A stretch of 64,000 nucleotides of DNA, taken from an uncultured Pseudomonadota bacterium (GTDB taxonomy: Bacteria; Pseudomonadota; Gammaproteobacteria; Natronospirales; REEB76). Below, in pieces: positions 9,141 to 18,241 of this stretch (its first letter is position 1; every line of letters begins with the position of its first letter). Location: assembly GCA_963774895.1 (NCBI GenBank), contig CAVZGN010000002.1, positions 258,091-322,090 on the forward strand. Reading direction: 5' to 3'. Made by a program: the position numbers and the translations under genes. Under the pieces are notes generated by a model. That model saw only the letters and a list, made by a program, of their open reading frames with translations, searched no databases and had not been told where the DNA came from.

Positions 9141-10067
9141 ATGACCACCGACGCCCGCCATCGGCTACGAATCATGGCGGCTTTCGCGGTGGTGTATATT
9201 GTCTGGGGTTCAACTTATCTCGGCATCCGCATCGGCGTCGTGGACATTCCTCCGGCGCTGTTGTCGGGCATCCGCAACAGCATCGCAGGTTTGGTATTGA
9301 TGGCGATAGCGATGGCCCGCGGACAGTCACTGCCTCGCACACGGCGCGAGTGGCTGCACGCGCTGATCATGGGCCTATTGCTGGTGACGCTTGGTAACGG
9401 CCTGGTGACTTGGGGCGAAGTCTATGTCCAGTCCAATCAGGCGGCACTCATCGCCATCACCTCGGCCCTGTGGGTGGCTTGGTTCGGGACTTTTGGACCC
9501 AAGGGCCATCCGCTTTCGATGCGCGCCAAGAGCGGGCTCGCCATTGGTTTCGTGGGCGCGATTCTCATGCTGCTGCCTGGGAAAAATTTCACCCTCGAAC
9601 ATTTAGGTGCACAGCTGATGATCCTGCTGTCCACCGTATGTTGGGGCATGGGTGTGATCTACGGCCGTAGTTACAGTGTGAATGTGACGCCCCTGATGTT
9701 GTCCGGCATGCTGTTGTTCCTAGGTGGCATCGTTCTGGTGATCATCGGGTTCGCCATCGGTGAGCCGGCTCATTTGAATTGGAGCCTGCGCGGCATCGCA
9801 GCGCTCACCTATCTCACGGTATTCGGTTCCTGTATCGCCTACAGCACCTATATCTGGCTGATCAATCACGCGACCCCCGACAAGCTCGGTACCACCGCCT
9901 ATGTGAATCCTGCCATCGCGCTGATACTCGGCTGGGTGGTGCTGGGTGAAAAAGTGGAGGGCCTGCGGCTCGTAGGCATGCTGGTGATACTGATGGGCGT
10001 GGTGCTGGTGACCACCCGTTTCGGCTACCCCTGGAAAGAGCCGCTGATCCAGGAAAACAAGTTATAA
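9141..10067 (+). CDS. EamA/DMT family transporter
   Basis: 308 aa, about 10 TM, with two EamA-like halves (VVYIVWGSTYLGIR..., AYSTYIWLINH...). Confidence 0.85.
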   Translation: MTTDARHRLRIMAAFAVVYIVWGSTYLGIRIGVVDIPPALLSGIRNSIAGLVLMAIAMARGQSLPRTRREWLHALIMGLLLVTLGNGLVTWGEVYVQSNQAALIAITSALWVAWFGTFGPKGHPLSMRAKSGLAIGFVGAILMLLPGKNFTLEHLGAQLMILLSTVCWGMGVIYGRSYSVNVTPLMLSGMLLFLGGIVLVIIGFAIGEPAHLNWSLRGIAALTYLTVFGSCIAYSTYIWLINHATPDKLGTTAYVNPAIALILGWVVLGEKVEGLRLVGMLVILMGVVLVTTRFGYPWKEPLIQENKL

Positions 10068-10112
10068 GAGGATAATTGGATTACTTGTCGAGAAAAGCGC
10101 AGACACTTCAAG

Positions 10113-10793
10113 ATGGCTATAGTCGCGGCTCAATCAGCGACGCTCTGGCAGCCCAACCAAGCTGTGGTTGCACCGGCCAGCGTGCTTGTAACCGGAGTTG
10201 TTCTAGCGGCGCTCGTGTTCATGTTCGCCAGACAGCCTGAGCCCGCTGACCGGATCATGCCTATAGAATTACGTTTAACCTCATCCGCAGCCCCCGAGCA
10301 AGCAGCGTCGAAACTGAAATCCGTTCCTGAGCTGCGGTTCAAACCACAAGTCACACCGAAACCGTTGCACGTTATACAAGTCGCAAAAATCCCATTGCGG
10401 TTAATTGAGCCAATATTACCGCCCATTGATTGGCAACAGCAGATAGAAATGACTGTACGCAGTCAGGGCCAATCAAATCCTAACCCGGCACAGCTGCTGT
10501 CGAACAAACCGGCGCCTGTTTATCCTTTGCAGCAAGCTTTGAATGCACCCCGCAAGCCAGAGACCATGCAGAACGGCGAGAGCTATCGCTCCATCTATGG
10601 CGGGTCAGTAGTGAAAATCAATGGTCAATGCATCGAGATGAGAGCTATTCAGGTCGGACCTTCGCCTTCCAACCAGGCAACGATTGCTATGTTTTCACCC
10701 CTTGAATGCCCGGGCGATCACAAACCGACTATGGAGGAAGAGCTATCGAATTGGGCCGAAAAAGAAGCGCAGAAACATCAGCCACCCTATTAA
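10113..10793 (+). CDS. hypothetical membrane-anchored protein
   Basis: 226-aa ORF with one N-terminal TM segment and a Pro/Gln-rich linker. No recognisable motif, a weak ribosome-binding site, and locally lower GC. Confidence 0.4.
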   Translation: MAIVAAQSATLWQPNQAVVAPASVLVTGVVLAALVFMFARQPEPADRIMPIELRLTSSAAPEQAASKLKSVPELRFKPQVTPKPLHVIQVAKIPLRLIEPILPPIDWQQQIEMTVRSQGQSNPNPAQLLSNKPAPVYPLQQALNAPRKPETMQNGESYRSIYGGSVVKINGQCIEMRAIQVGPSPSNQATIAMFSPLECPGDHKPTMEEELSNWAEKEAQKHQPPY

Positions 10794-10850
10794 TCAGCGA
10801 ACTGTAGAGATTTATCAAAATAGCACTATGCATATATCGTACATCGTGGC

Positions 10851-11642
10851 TTATGTACGTAAACCCACACCTTTGTTCAACAGGTAAAGACTGAAAGCAA
10901 AGAGGCCCAGAATGAACAGCAGGATGATGGCGTAGGCGGTGCCGATATTGATGTCGGAGACGCCGAGAATACCGTAGCGGAAAGCGTTCACCATATAGAG
11001 GATGGGATTGGCCCTGGATATGTGTTGCCAGATTTCCGGCAGTAGGTGGATGGAGTAGAACACACCGCCGAGATAGGTCAGTGGTGTAAGGATAAACGTC
11101 GGGATGATGGTGACGTCGTCGAACTTCTTGGCAAACACCGCGTTGATGAAGCCGCCCAGCGAGAACACCACCGCCGCCAAGATCACAACCGAGATGGTGA
11201 TCAACGGATGTACCACGTGCAGGTGGGTGAAAAACAGCGAGATAATGGTCACGATGATGCCCACCAGGATGCCGCGCACCACGCCGCCGGCTACGTAACC
11301 CAGCACGATGTAGGCATTCGGCAGCGGCGACACCAGCAGCTCTTCCACGTGGCGACCGAACTTGGCGCCGAAGAACGACGACACCACGTTGGCGTAGGAG
11401 TTGTTGATCACCGCCATCATGATGAGACCGGGTGCCAGGAACTCCATATAACTGTATCCGCCCATCTGTCCAACACGGCTGCCGATGAGCCCGCCGAAGA
11501 TGATGAAGTACAGGGTCATGCTGATGGCTGGGGGCACCAGTGTCTGGACCCAGATGCGCAGCACCCGCACCAGCTCGCGATTGACGATGGTCTGGAAGCC
11601 GATGGAGTTCTCGCGGAATCTGCTGACGCGCATGCCCATCAA
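10851..11642 (-). CDS. ABC-2 type transporter permease (YadH-like)
   Basis: 263 aa, six TM, with an ABC-2 family signature region. Translationally coupled to the upstream ATPase gene. Confidence 0.88.
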   Translation of the reverse strand: MMGMRVSRFRENSIGFQTIVNRELVRVLRIWVQTLVPPAISMTLYFIIFGGLIGSRVGQMGGYSYMEFLAPGLIMMAVINNSYANVVSSFFGAKFGRHVEELLVSPLPNAYIVLGYVAGGVVRGILVGIIVTIISLFFTHLHVVHPLITISVVILAAVVFSLGGFINAVFAKKFDDVTIIPTFILTPLTYLGGVFYSIHLLPEIWQHISRANPILYMVNAFRYGILGVSDINIGTAYAIILLFILGLFAFSLYLLNKGVGLRT

Positions 11643-12553
11643 CCCTTGCCTTCGACCAGGCGCACGAACAGTTCTTCCAGGCGATTCACCTTGTTGCGCA
11701 TACTGGTTACCTTAATGTGGTGTTGCGACAGCAGGTTGAACAGTGTGTTGACGTCCTGGGATTTGTTCACTTCCACTTCCAGGGTAGTGTCATCCACCTG
11801 GGTCACGGCATAACCATCGAGCGACGGCAATTGCTTTAGCGGTTCACGCAGGTTCAGTTCGAAGGTCTCGGTATGCAAATTTGCCAGCAGATCACGGGTG
11901 CGCCCCTGCTCGATGATGACGCCCTTGTCGATGATGGCCACACGCCGGCACAGATTCTCGGCTTCCTCCAGATAATGGGTGGTGAGAATGATGGTAATGC
12001 CTTCCTTATTGATTTTTTTCAGGAATTCCCACATGGAACGCCGGATCTCGATATCCACGCCGGCGGTGGGTTCGTCCAGGATCAAGAGTTTGGGTTCGTG
12101 TACCAGCGCGCGCGCAATCATGAGCCGGCGTTTCATGCCACCGGACAGGGTGCGGGAGATATCCTCGCGCCTGTCCCACAGGCTCAACTGTTTCAGGTAT
12201 TTTTCGGTACGCTGCTTCGCCAGCCGCCGCGGGATGCCGTAGAAGCCCGCTTGGTTGATCACGATGTCGGAGATCTTCTCGAACTGGTTGAAATTAATCT
12301 CCTGCGGCACCAGCCCGATGCAGGATTTCGCCCTCTCGATGTCGGTGTCGATGTCGTAGTCGAAGACCTTGACGCTGCCGGAGGTCTTGTTCACCAGTGA
12401 AGTAATGATGCCGATGGCGGTGGTTTTGCCGGCGCCGTTGGGTCCCAGAAGCGCGCTGAACTCGCCTTCCTGCACCTCGAAATCGATGCCTTTGAGAGCC
12501 TGGGTGCCGTTGCTGTAGGTCTTGACGAGATTGTGGATGCTGAGTGCGTTCAT
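11639..12553 (-). CDS. ABC transporter ATP-binding protein (YadG-like)
   Basis: 304 aa with Walker A GPNGAGKTT, signature LSGGMKRR and Walker B LLILDEPT. Confidence 0.92.
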   Translation of the reverse strand: MNALSIHNLVKTYSNGTQALKGIDFEVQEGEFSALLGPNGAGKTTAIGIITSLVNKTSGSVKVFDYDIDTDIERAKSCIGLVPQEINFNQFEKISDIVINQAGFYGIPRRLAKQRTEKYLKQLSLWDRREDISRTLSGGMKRRLMIARALVHEPKLLILDEPTAGVDIEIRRSMWEFLKKINKEGITIILTTHYLEEAENLCRRVAIIDKGVIIEQGRTRDLLANLHTETFELNLREPLKQLPSLDGYAVTQVDDTTLEVEVNKSQDVNTLFNLLSQHHIKVTSMRNKVNRLEELFVRLVEGKG

Positions 12554-12717
12554 GGACGGATAACTGGCAGTCCGGCTAGGTTATTTTGGCCGCCAATGAT
12601 ACCGGAAATCGAAATGCTGAGTGGTTGTCGGTGTAGTGGACGGTATTAAGACCGTTAATATATGCATAGCAAGCGCCTAAGCACGAAATAAACAAAATAC
12701 TTCTAATAGGTTATCCG

Positions 12718-13203
12718 ATGAAATTGCGCGACCATAAGTTGGTTCGACTGATACTTGAGCTTCTGAGACAGGGGATCACGCCTCACAAAATCGCGCTCAG
12801 TATCGCACTCGGCGTAATGCTGGGGGTGACGCCACTGATCGGTTCCAGCACGATACTATGCGCGGTCGTCGTGGTGGTCTTCGGGATCAACCTGCCGCTC
12901 ATCATGGTGGTGAACTATCTGGTCTATCCGCTGCAATTGCTGTTGTTGATCCCGTTCATCCAGGCCGGGCAATGGCTGTTTCGCCAGCCGCCCTTGCCGT
13001 TATCGTTCACGCAGATTAAAAACCTGCTGCACGTGAGTTTCTGGCATACGCTGGGGATGCTGTGGGAATACCTGCTGCACGGCTTGGTCGCGTGGTCAAT
13101 ATTGGGCGGAATCGGAGCTTGCGTTATCTACCTGGCTGCACGCCCGCTCCTGGGTTATGTGACGCTGAAAAAGACTGCCGTTGAAAAGCCACCCAACATC
13201 TAA
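12718..13203 (+). CDS. DUF2062 domain membrane protein
   Basis: 161 aa. The block KIALSIALGVMLGVTPLIGSSTILC plus further TM helices match the DUF2062 pattern. Confidence 0.75.
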   Translation: MKLRDHKLVRLILELLRQGITPHKIALSIALGVMLGVTPLIGSSTILCAVVVVVFGINLPLIMVVNYLVYPLQLLLLIPFIQAGQWLFRQPPLPLSFTQIKNLLHVSFWHTLGMLWEYLLHGLVAWSILGGIGACVIYLAARPLLGYVTLKKTAVEKPPNI

Positions 13204-13676
13204 TTAAGTTTGAATTGTTCACCGGTTTTAATCCCCAGTGTTTTTACCGCACCGGCATTCAGTTCCAGTACATACCGGGCCGGCGCTGCACTCGCATAGG
13301 TCGGGCAGGGATCGGTTTTGCAGGGCGGGGTGTTGGCAGACACGTTGATAAGCCGCTGCTGGGCATCGAAGAACAGGATGTCGAGCGGTATGAGCGTGTC
13401 CTTCATCCAGAAATAGCGTGGCTGGGCATCCGCATACACGAACAGCATGCCGTGGCTAGCCGCCATATGCGTGCGATCCATCAGGCCGTGCTCACGGGCA
13501 GCGTCGGTGTCAGCGATCTCTACCATGAAGTGATGTCCGGCGAGTTCCACCTGTATTCTTGCGGCAGCCGCTGCTGAGACAATGGCGGCTGCCGGCACTA
13601 GCGCGGTCCATAGGAACATGTTGAAAATCAACCAGCGCCTAATCATGAATGACGCTTCCGTAAAAAGTATGGGCAT
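13200..13676 (-). CDS. DUF192 domain protein (secreted)
   Basis: 158 aa with a signal peptide and the motifs GLMDR...GMLFVY...FWMKDTLIPLDILF typical of DUF192. The start may be the internal MIRRW. Confidence 0.8.
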   Translation of the reverse strand: MPILFTEASFMIRRWLIFNMFLWTALVPAAAIVSAAAAARIQVELAGHHFMVEIADTDAAREHGLMDRTHMAASHGMLFVYADAQPRYFWMKDTLIPLDILFFDAQQRLINVSANTPPCKTDPCPTYASAAPARYVLELNAGAVKTLGIKTGEQFKLN

Positions 13677-13690
13677 ACCCGGAATACATA

Positions 13691-14068
13691 TCAGGCAAGA
13701 ATGAGCCCGACTTTGTAGGTCCCAAGTACCTTGTCATGAGTCATCAATTTCAGGTTTTCCGCAAGTGCCTGTGCTACCAACATACGGTCAAAGGGATCTT
13801 GGTGATGCGGTGGTAGGCGCCCGGCAGCGACCGCATGATGAAACTCGATCGGCAGCAAGCCGAAGCCGCACTCGCGCACTGTATCTTCAAGGTTGGCGGG
13901 CGCCCGCAATTTCTTGAGTGACTGTTTGATGGTGATTTCCGACGCGCTCGCGGCGCTCACGAATACCTCATTTTTACCATCTGCAATGACCATACGAGCC
14001 TTGGGCGTCAGTAAAGGATTATCTGCGAGCCACCACAGAAGCACATGAGTATCCAGCAGCAGTCTCAC
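13691..14068 (-). CDS. vapC: type II toxin, PIN-domain VapC family
   Basis: 125 aa with an MRLLLDTHVLLWW N-terminus (first PIN acidic residue) and a C-terminal HQDPFDRMLVAQA...THD block. Confidence 0.85.
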   Translation of the reverse strand: MRLLLDTHVLLWWLADNPLLTPKARMVIADGKNEVFVSAASASEITIKQSLKKLRAPANLEDTVRECGFGLLPIEFHHAVAAGRLPPHHQDPFDRMLVAQALAENLKLMTHDKVLGTYKVGLILA

Positions 14069-14313
14069 CGGTCGTCCTCACGGAATGCGGCCATGAGTGC
14101 TTCAGGGAGTACGTCGAAGTCCTTGGCCATGTGAACTTTGCCTTTCCAGGCACCGGATTTACGTAGCGCCTGTTGTGGCTGGTAGCGGACTAATTTGGCG
14201 AGAGGTTTACCGGCACGAGCGATGACAATGTCCTCGCCTGCTTGAGCGCGTTCCACTAGACGGGATAGGTTAGTTTTAGCTTCATAAATATTTACAGTTT
14301 TCATGTACGTCAT
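14065..14313 (-). CDS. type II antitoxin, Phd/YefM family
   Basis: 82 aa. The block KTVNIYEAKTNLSRLVERAQAGEDIVIARAGKPLAKLV is typical of Phd/YefM-type antitoxins. 4-nt overlap with vapC. The start may be 14304. Confidence 0.85.
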   Translation of the reverse strand: MTYMKTVNIYEAKTNLSRLVERAQAGEDIVIARAGKPLAKLVRYQPQQALRKSGAWKGKVHMAKDFDVLPEALMAAFREDDR

Positions 14314-14383
14314 CCCTGCTTGACCAGACTAGACCAAGTCTAGCATAAAAATGACTGTGGTGTCCGCCTGTCGTATGAACTAT

Positions 14384-15886
14384 TCAGACCGGCATTCCCG
14401 GCGGCTGGCGGGTGAAATCCTGCGGTGAAGGATTCTGGGTCAAACGATACACCCCCTCCCTGATAATACGGCGCATGACGATGTCCACGATGGTCGTCTG
14501 GTTGAGCTGGATCAAATTCTTGAGATTCTCTTCCGTGGCTTTCAAACTCGCCGGCTGATACAGCACGAAACCCTCCTGCGGGTAAGGCACTACTTTTAGG
14601 CCCAGGCTGCCGCAGGATTGAAGCGCCGGGCGCAATTGACGTCCCTTGAAGGTCACCGGTGAGCCGCCCGCCATGCGCGTGTAATTGATGTAGTAGGTGA
14701 GGGTGCCAGGATCAAGATGATTGCGCTGCCGGTCGATGAAAAATCCGGGCGGCAGGTGGTTGGGGCTGCTGTCACTGCCCGCCGTAAGGAGGATATCGAA
14801 ATCCTCGATAGCGTTGCCCTGGTCGTCGCGCACCCGGAAGACCAGCATGCTGCAGGGATCCACGATCACCTGATGGTCGAAGGGCCCGAGGCGGCTGCGA
14901 TCCTCCACCTGTTCCTGTCGCTGCACTTCCATAGTCCGGGCATGGAATTGGTCGAACACCGCGGCGTAATCCTTCAGAGTATTGACGCGTAGACATTGCA
15001 GAATAGCGGTGACAGTCGCATTCGGTGTGGCATCGGCGGGGATGCTGCGCATGATGCCCATGCGCACGTCTGAATGGCAGACACCGGGGATCACCGCCAT
15101 AGGCACCGCCGGTGAAATTTCCGGTGCACGCGTTTGCAGCAACGGCGCACTGAAACCCAGCTTGGATTTTTTATCCGCCATCGGCGGTTGCTGCTCCAGA
15201 ACCACGTGGGTGAAATTCAGGTTCGCGGAGGCCACCCGCACCACGCCATCGGAACCGATCTCTGCGGTATAGCTATTCACGGGATCGTAGAGCTGCGGAT
15301 CATGGGATTCGCCGGCGAGCACGAAGGGAAACAGGCCCTGAGGGCCGATGTAAGCGGCGCCTTGTTGCAGCCATTCGAGATTGAGTTTGAGGCTCTGGGC
15401 ACTGCCGAGTTCCAACCATTTGAGTACGCCTGTACCCATGTCCACGCCTTCGAACCAGGCTTTGAGGCGTGAGAGTTTCGACAGGCCGATTTGTACCAGT
15501 GCCGAACCGAAATTTGCCGGCGCCAGCATGATGAGATGACTCAAGGGCGGGTGTTTGCGGCCGGCACCGATATAGAAATGCTGCAGCCAGGCACGGATCA
15601 CGGGGCAGCCCGTGGAATGGGTGATGCAGGCGATACGCTGCCCCTGTTTGAGGGCGTCGCCCACTTCCCGTTCCAGCGCCGCCTGGAAGGCGCGCGCGAT
15701 GTCAGGGATAGTGACAGTGTTATGAAAACTGATGTATTCCGACAGCCAGATGCTGCGTACGTCGATGTCCAGATCGGTTGAACCTTTGGCTTCCAGTCTG
15801 AGGCGTTCCGGCAGACCGCCGTAGGTATCGGTATTGCGTACGCTCCAGCCGTGCACCAGCACCACTATGCATTTTTGTTTGGCCAT
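14384..15886 (-). CDS. alpha/beta-hydrolase (esterase/lipase-like) N-terminal domain fused to an uncharacterised ~250-aa C-terminal domain
   Basis: 500 aa with VVLVHGW near the N-terminus and a nucleophile-elbow-like ITHSTGCP. GAGGTG ribosome-binding site upstream of the ATG. I do not recognise the C-terminal half. Confidence 0.7.
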   Translation of the reverse strand: MAKQKCIVVLVHGWSVRNTDTYGGLPERLRLEAKGSTDLDIDVRSIWLSEYISFHNTVTIPDIARAFQAALEREVGDALKQGQRIACITHSTGCPVIRAWLQHFYIGAGRKHPPLSHLIMLAPANFGSALVQIGLSKLSRLKAWFEGVDMGTGVLKWLELGSAQSLKLNLEWLQQGAAYIGPQGLFPFVLAGESHDPQLYDPVNSYTAEIGSDGVVRVASANLNFTHVVLEQQPPMADKKSKLGFSAPLLQTRAPEISPAVPMAVIPGVCHSDVRMGIMRSIPADATPNATVTAILQCLRVNTLKDYAAVFDQFHARTMEVQRQEQVEDRSRLGPFDHQVIVDPCSMLVFRVRDDQGNAIEDFDILLTAGSDSSPNHLPPGFFIDRQRNHLDPGTLTYYINYTRMAGGSPVTFKGRQLRPALQSCGSLGLKVVPYPQEGFVLYQPASLKATEENLKNLIQLNQTTIVDIVMRRIIREGVYRLTQNPSPQDFTRQPPGMPV

Positions 15887-16023
15887 CTAAACACCTCAGA
15901 TTATCATCAGCGGCCATTGAAAACGGCTGCTGTCATCCATATTAGTCCAGACACAGGCGGTCTGCCCTGTAGGTGTATCATGCAGCATCATTATCACGCG
16001 CATACTTTCAGAGGATACTCGTC

Positions 16024-16629
16024 ATGTCCGATTTACATGTCATGAAGAAATTCGCCGGTATCGCCGTGGTGTTGGGCATCCTATTGACGCTTACCGGCTG
16101 CGGAATCAACAACATCCCCGCCTACAAACAACAGGTGACTGCAGCCTGGAGTCAAGTGCTGAACGAGTACCAGCGGCGCACCGACCTGGTACCCAACCTG
16201 GTGGCCACGGTCAAAGGCTATGCCACGCACGAAGCCGATGTGCTGGAGGCCGTGACTGATGCGCGCGCCAAGGTCAGCCAGACCCAGATACCCGCGGATA
16301 TTCTCAGTAACCCCCAGGCATTTCACCAATTCGAGCAGAACCAAGCAACCCTGAGTGGAGCGCTCTCGCGCCTCATGATGGTGACCGAGAATTATCCGAA
16401 CCTGAAGGCCAATGAGAACTTCCTGGCGCTGCAATCGCAGCTGGAAGGCACCGAGAACCGCATCGCGGTGGCGCGCCGCGACTATATCCTGGCGGTGCAG
16501 CTATACGACACGGAACTCACCACCATTCCGGGGCGCTGGTATCACGCCATGTTCTACTCGAGCTATCCGATGATCCAGAACTTCAGCATCTCGGAACAGG
16601 CACAGCAGGTACCTAAAGTAACTTTCTGA
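16024..16629 (+). CDS. lemA: LemA family lipoprotein
   Basis: Lipobox LTLTGC, then a conserved LemA block (QVTAAWSQVLNEYQRRTDLVPNLV...ENYPNLKANENF...GTENRIAVARRDY). Start chosen at the internal ATG at 16024. Confidence 0.9.
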   Translation: MSDLHVMKKFAGIAVVLGILLTLTGCGINNIPAYKQQVTAAWSQVLNEYQRRTDLVPNLVATVKGYATHEADVLEAVTDARAKVSQTQIPADILSNPQAFHQFEQNQATLSGALSRLMMVTENYPNLKANENFLALQSQLEGTENRIAVARRDYILAVQLYDTELTTIPGRWYHAMFYSSYPMIQNFSISEQAQQVPKVTF

Positions 16630-16637
16630 GGCCATGG

Positions 16638-16672
16638 CTTCTCTCCCTGTGGGAGAGGCCTGGGTGAGGGCT
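16638..16672. repeat. REP-like palindromic element, copy 1 (CTCTCCCtgtGGGAGAGG + GGGTGAGGG)
   Basis: Hairpin at 16641-16658 followed by GGTGAGGG. The same architecture recurs at 17508-17546 and 32161-32193. Confidence 0.5.
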
Positions 16673-16676
16673 TAAC

Positions 16677-17483
16677 ATGGTGCGGTTTTTTGTGCAGTGG
16701 ATTACCGGAGCGCTGGCGCTACTCGGCGTAGTACTGACCATGCCGGTGTTCGCCGCTACCACTCCGCTCGATGCCGGCATGCCGGCGTTTCCGGCACTCA
16801 CCGGTCCGGTGGTGGATGAAGCACACCTGTTGCCAGCGGATGTGTTCAACAGTCTCTCGCAGAAACTCGCGGCCTACGCCAGCAGCAGCGGCACGCAACT
16901 GGTGGTGGTGACGATGCCGACGCTCAATGGCTACCCCATCGAATATTACGGCTATGAATTGGGGCGTCACTGGGGTATCGGCCAGAAAGGCAAGAACAAC
17001 GGCGCGCTCTTGATCGTGGACGCAGGCGAGAAGCAGGTACGTATCGAAGTGGGTTACGGCCTCGAAGGCACGCTCACCGATGCCCAGAGCTTCAACATCA
17101 TCAACAACGTCATCGTGCCGCGGTTCAAACAGGGCGATTTTGCCGGCGGCATCAGCGCGGGCGCGGACGCCATCCTCACGGTACTCGGTGACCAGCAGCA
17201 GGCGGTCGCGCAGCAGCAGACGCGCAACCGTTCCGGCACTGGCTTTCTGATCCTCATCATCATCCTGTTCGCGCTCCTGCCGCTGATCGCGGCAATTTTC
17301 GGCCGCGGCGGCCGCGGTGGTCCAGGTAGAGGCAGCGGCATGGGCTGGCTGGGTTGGTTGGCCTTAGGGATGTTGAGCGGTGGAATCGGACGTGGCGGCG
17401 GTGGTTTTGGCGGCGGCGGCTTCGGCGGATTTTCCGGCGGCGGTGGGTCCTTTGGAGGAGGCGGCGCCTCCGGAGGCTGGTGA
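16677..17483 (+). CDS. TPM domain protein (YgcG-like) with a Gly-rich C-terminal tail
   Basis: 268 aa with a signal peptide and a TPM phosphatase-like block (GTQLVVVTMPTLNG...HWGIGQKGKNNGALLIV...RIEVGYGLEG), then a TM segment and a GGGFGGG tail. Confidence 0.85.
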   Translation: MVRFFVQWITGALALLGVVLTMPVFAATTPLDAGMPAFPALTGPVVDEAHLLPADVFNSLSQKLAAYASSSGTQLVVVTMPTLNGYPIEYYGYELGRHWGIGQKGKNNGALLIVDAGEKQVRIEVGYGLEGTLTDAQSFNIINNVIVPRFKQGDFAGGISAGADAILTVLGDQQQAVAQQQTRNRSGTGFLILIIILFALLPLIAAIFGRGGRGGPGRGSGMGWLGWLALGMLSGGIGRGGGGFGGGGFGGFSGGGGSFGGGGASGGW

Positions 17484-17504
17484 TGAAAGACGCTTGCATC
17501 TTAA

Positions 17505-17600
17505 ATTCCCCTCTCCCGCTGGCGGGAGAGGGTCAGGGTGAGGGTGGAACGAATTACCACTCACCTGCATCCTCTCCCCTCAAGGGGAGAGGTGGTGATG
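17505..17600. repeat. REP-like palindromic elements, copies 2 and 3, between the two TPM genes
   Basis: CCCCTCTCCCgctggcGGGAGAGGG + tcaGGGTGAGGGTGG (17508-17546) and CCTCTCCCCtcaaGGGGAGAGG (17571-17592). Confidence 0.55.
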
Positions 17601-17619
17601 GAGCAGAGGCTGGATACCA

Positions 17620-18240
17620 ATGATCCGTTTTTCCGACGCAGACAAAGCCCGTATCACGGAGGCGATTCATGCAGCCGAGAAAAAAACCAGCGGTGAATTC
17701 GTGACGGTGGTGGCGCGCAGCAGCGACCACTATATATTCCTGTCGCTGTTCTGGGCAGCCATCGTCGGGCTGCTGGTGCCTGGTATTTTTCTGCTGTCGG
17801 GCAGCCAGCTTGCAGTCATGCATATCTACCAGATCCAGCTGGCGGTGTTCATCGTGCTGGCGCTCGTATTCCTCTTCATACCCGAAATTCATTTGTGGCT
17901 GGTGCCGCGAGAGGTCAAGCACTCACGCGCCAGCCGTCTCGCCAAGGCGCAGTTTTACCAGCAGGGCGTGCAGCTGACGCCGCAGCATTCGGGGGTGCTG
18001 TTGTTCGTATCCCTGGCGGAACATTACGTGGAGATCGTGGCCGACAAGGGCATCCACGAGAAGATCGGCAAAGCCCACTGGCAGGCCATCGTCCAGGATT
18101 TCGTCGCGCAGGTACGTCAGGGTAACGTCGTCGAAGGTTTTGTCACCGCCATCAGCGCCTGCGGTGGCGCCATGGCCAAACATTATCCGCCCGGGCCAGT
18201 AAACAAGAATGAATTATCCGACGGCCTGATCGAAATCTGA
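17620..18240 (+). CDS. TPM domain / DUF477 family membrane protein
   Basis: 206 aa with ITEAIHAAEKKTSGEFVTVV, two TM helices and a C-terminal GVLLFVSLAEHYVEIVADKGI block. It is the usual third gene of lemA operons. Confidence 0.8.
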   Translation: MIRFSDADKARITEAIHAAEKKTSGEFVTVVARSSDHYIFLSLFWAAIVGLLVPGIFLLSGSQLAVMHIYQIQLAVFIVLALVFLFIPEIHLWLVPREVKHSRASRLAKAQFYQQGVQLTPQHSGVLLFVSLAEHYVEIVADKGIHEKIGKAHWQAIVQDFVAQVRQGNVVEGFVTAISACGGAMAKHYPPGPVNKNELSDGLIEI

Positions 18241-18241
18241 A

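Noticed and set aside
17330-17480. A GGC/GGT-rich tandem-looking repeat as a possible array or microsatellite.
   Set aside because: It is in frame and encodes the Gly-rich tail (GGGFGGGGFGG...) typical of YgcG/TPM proteins.
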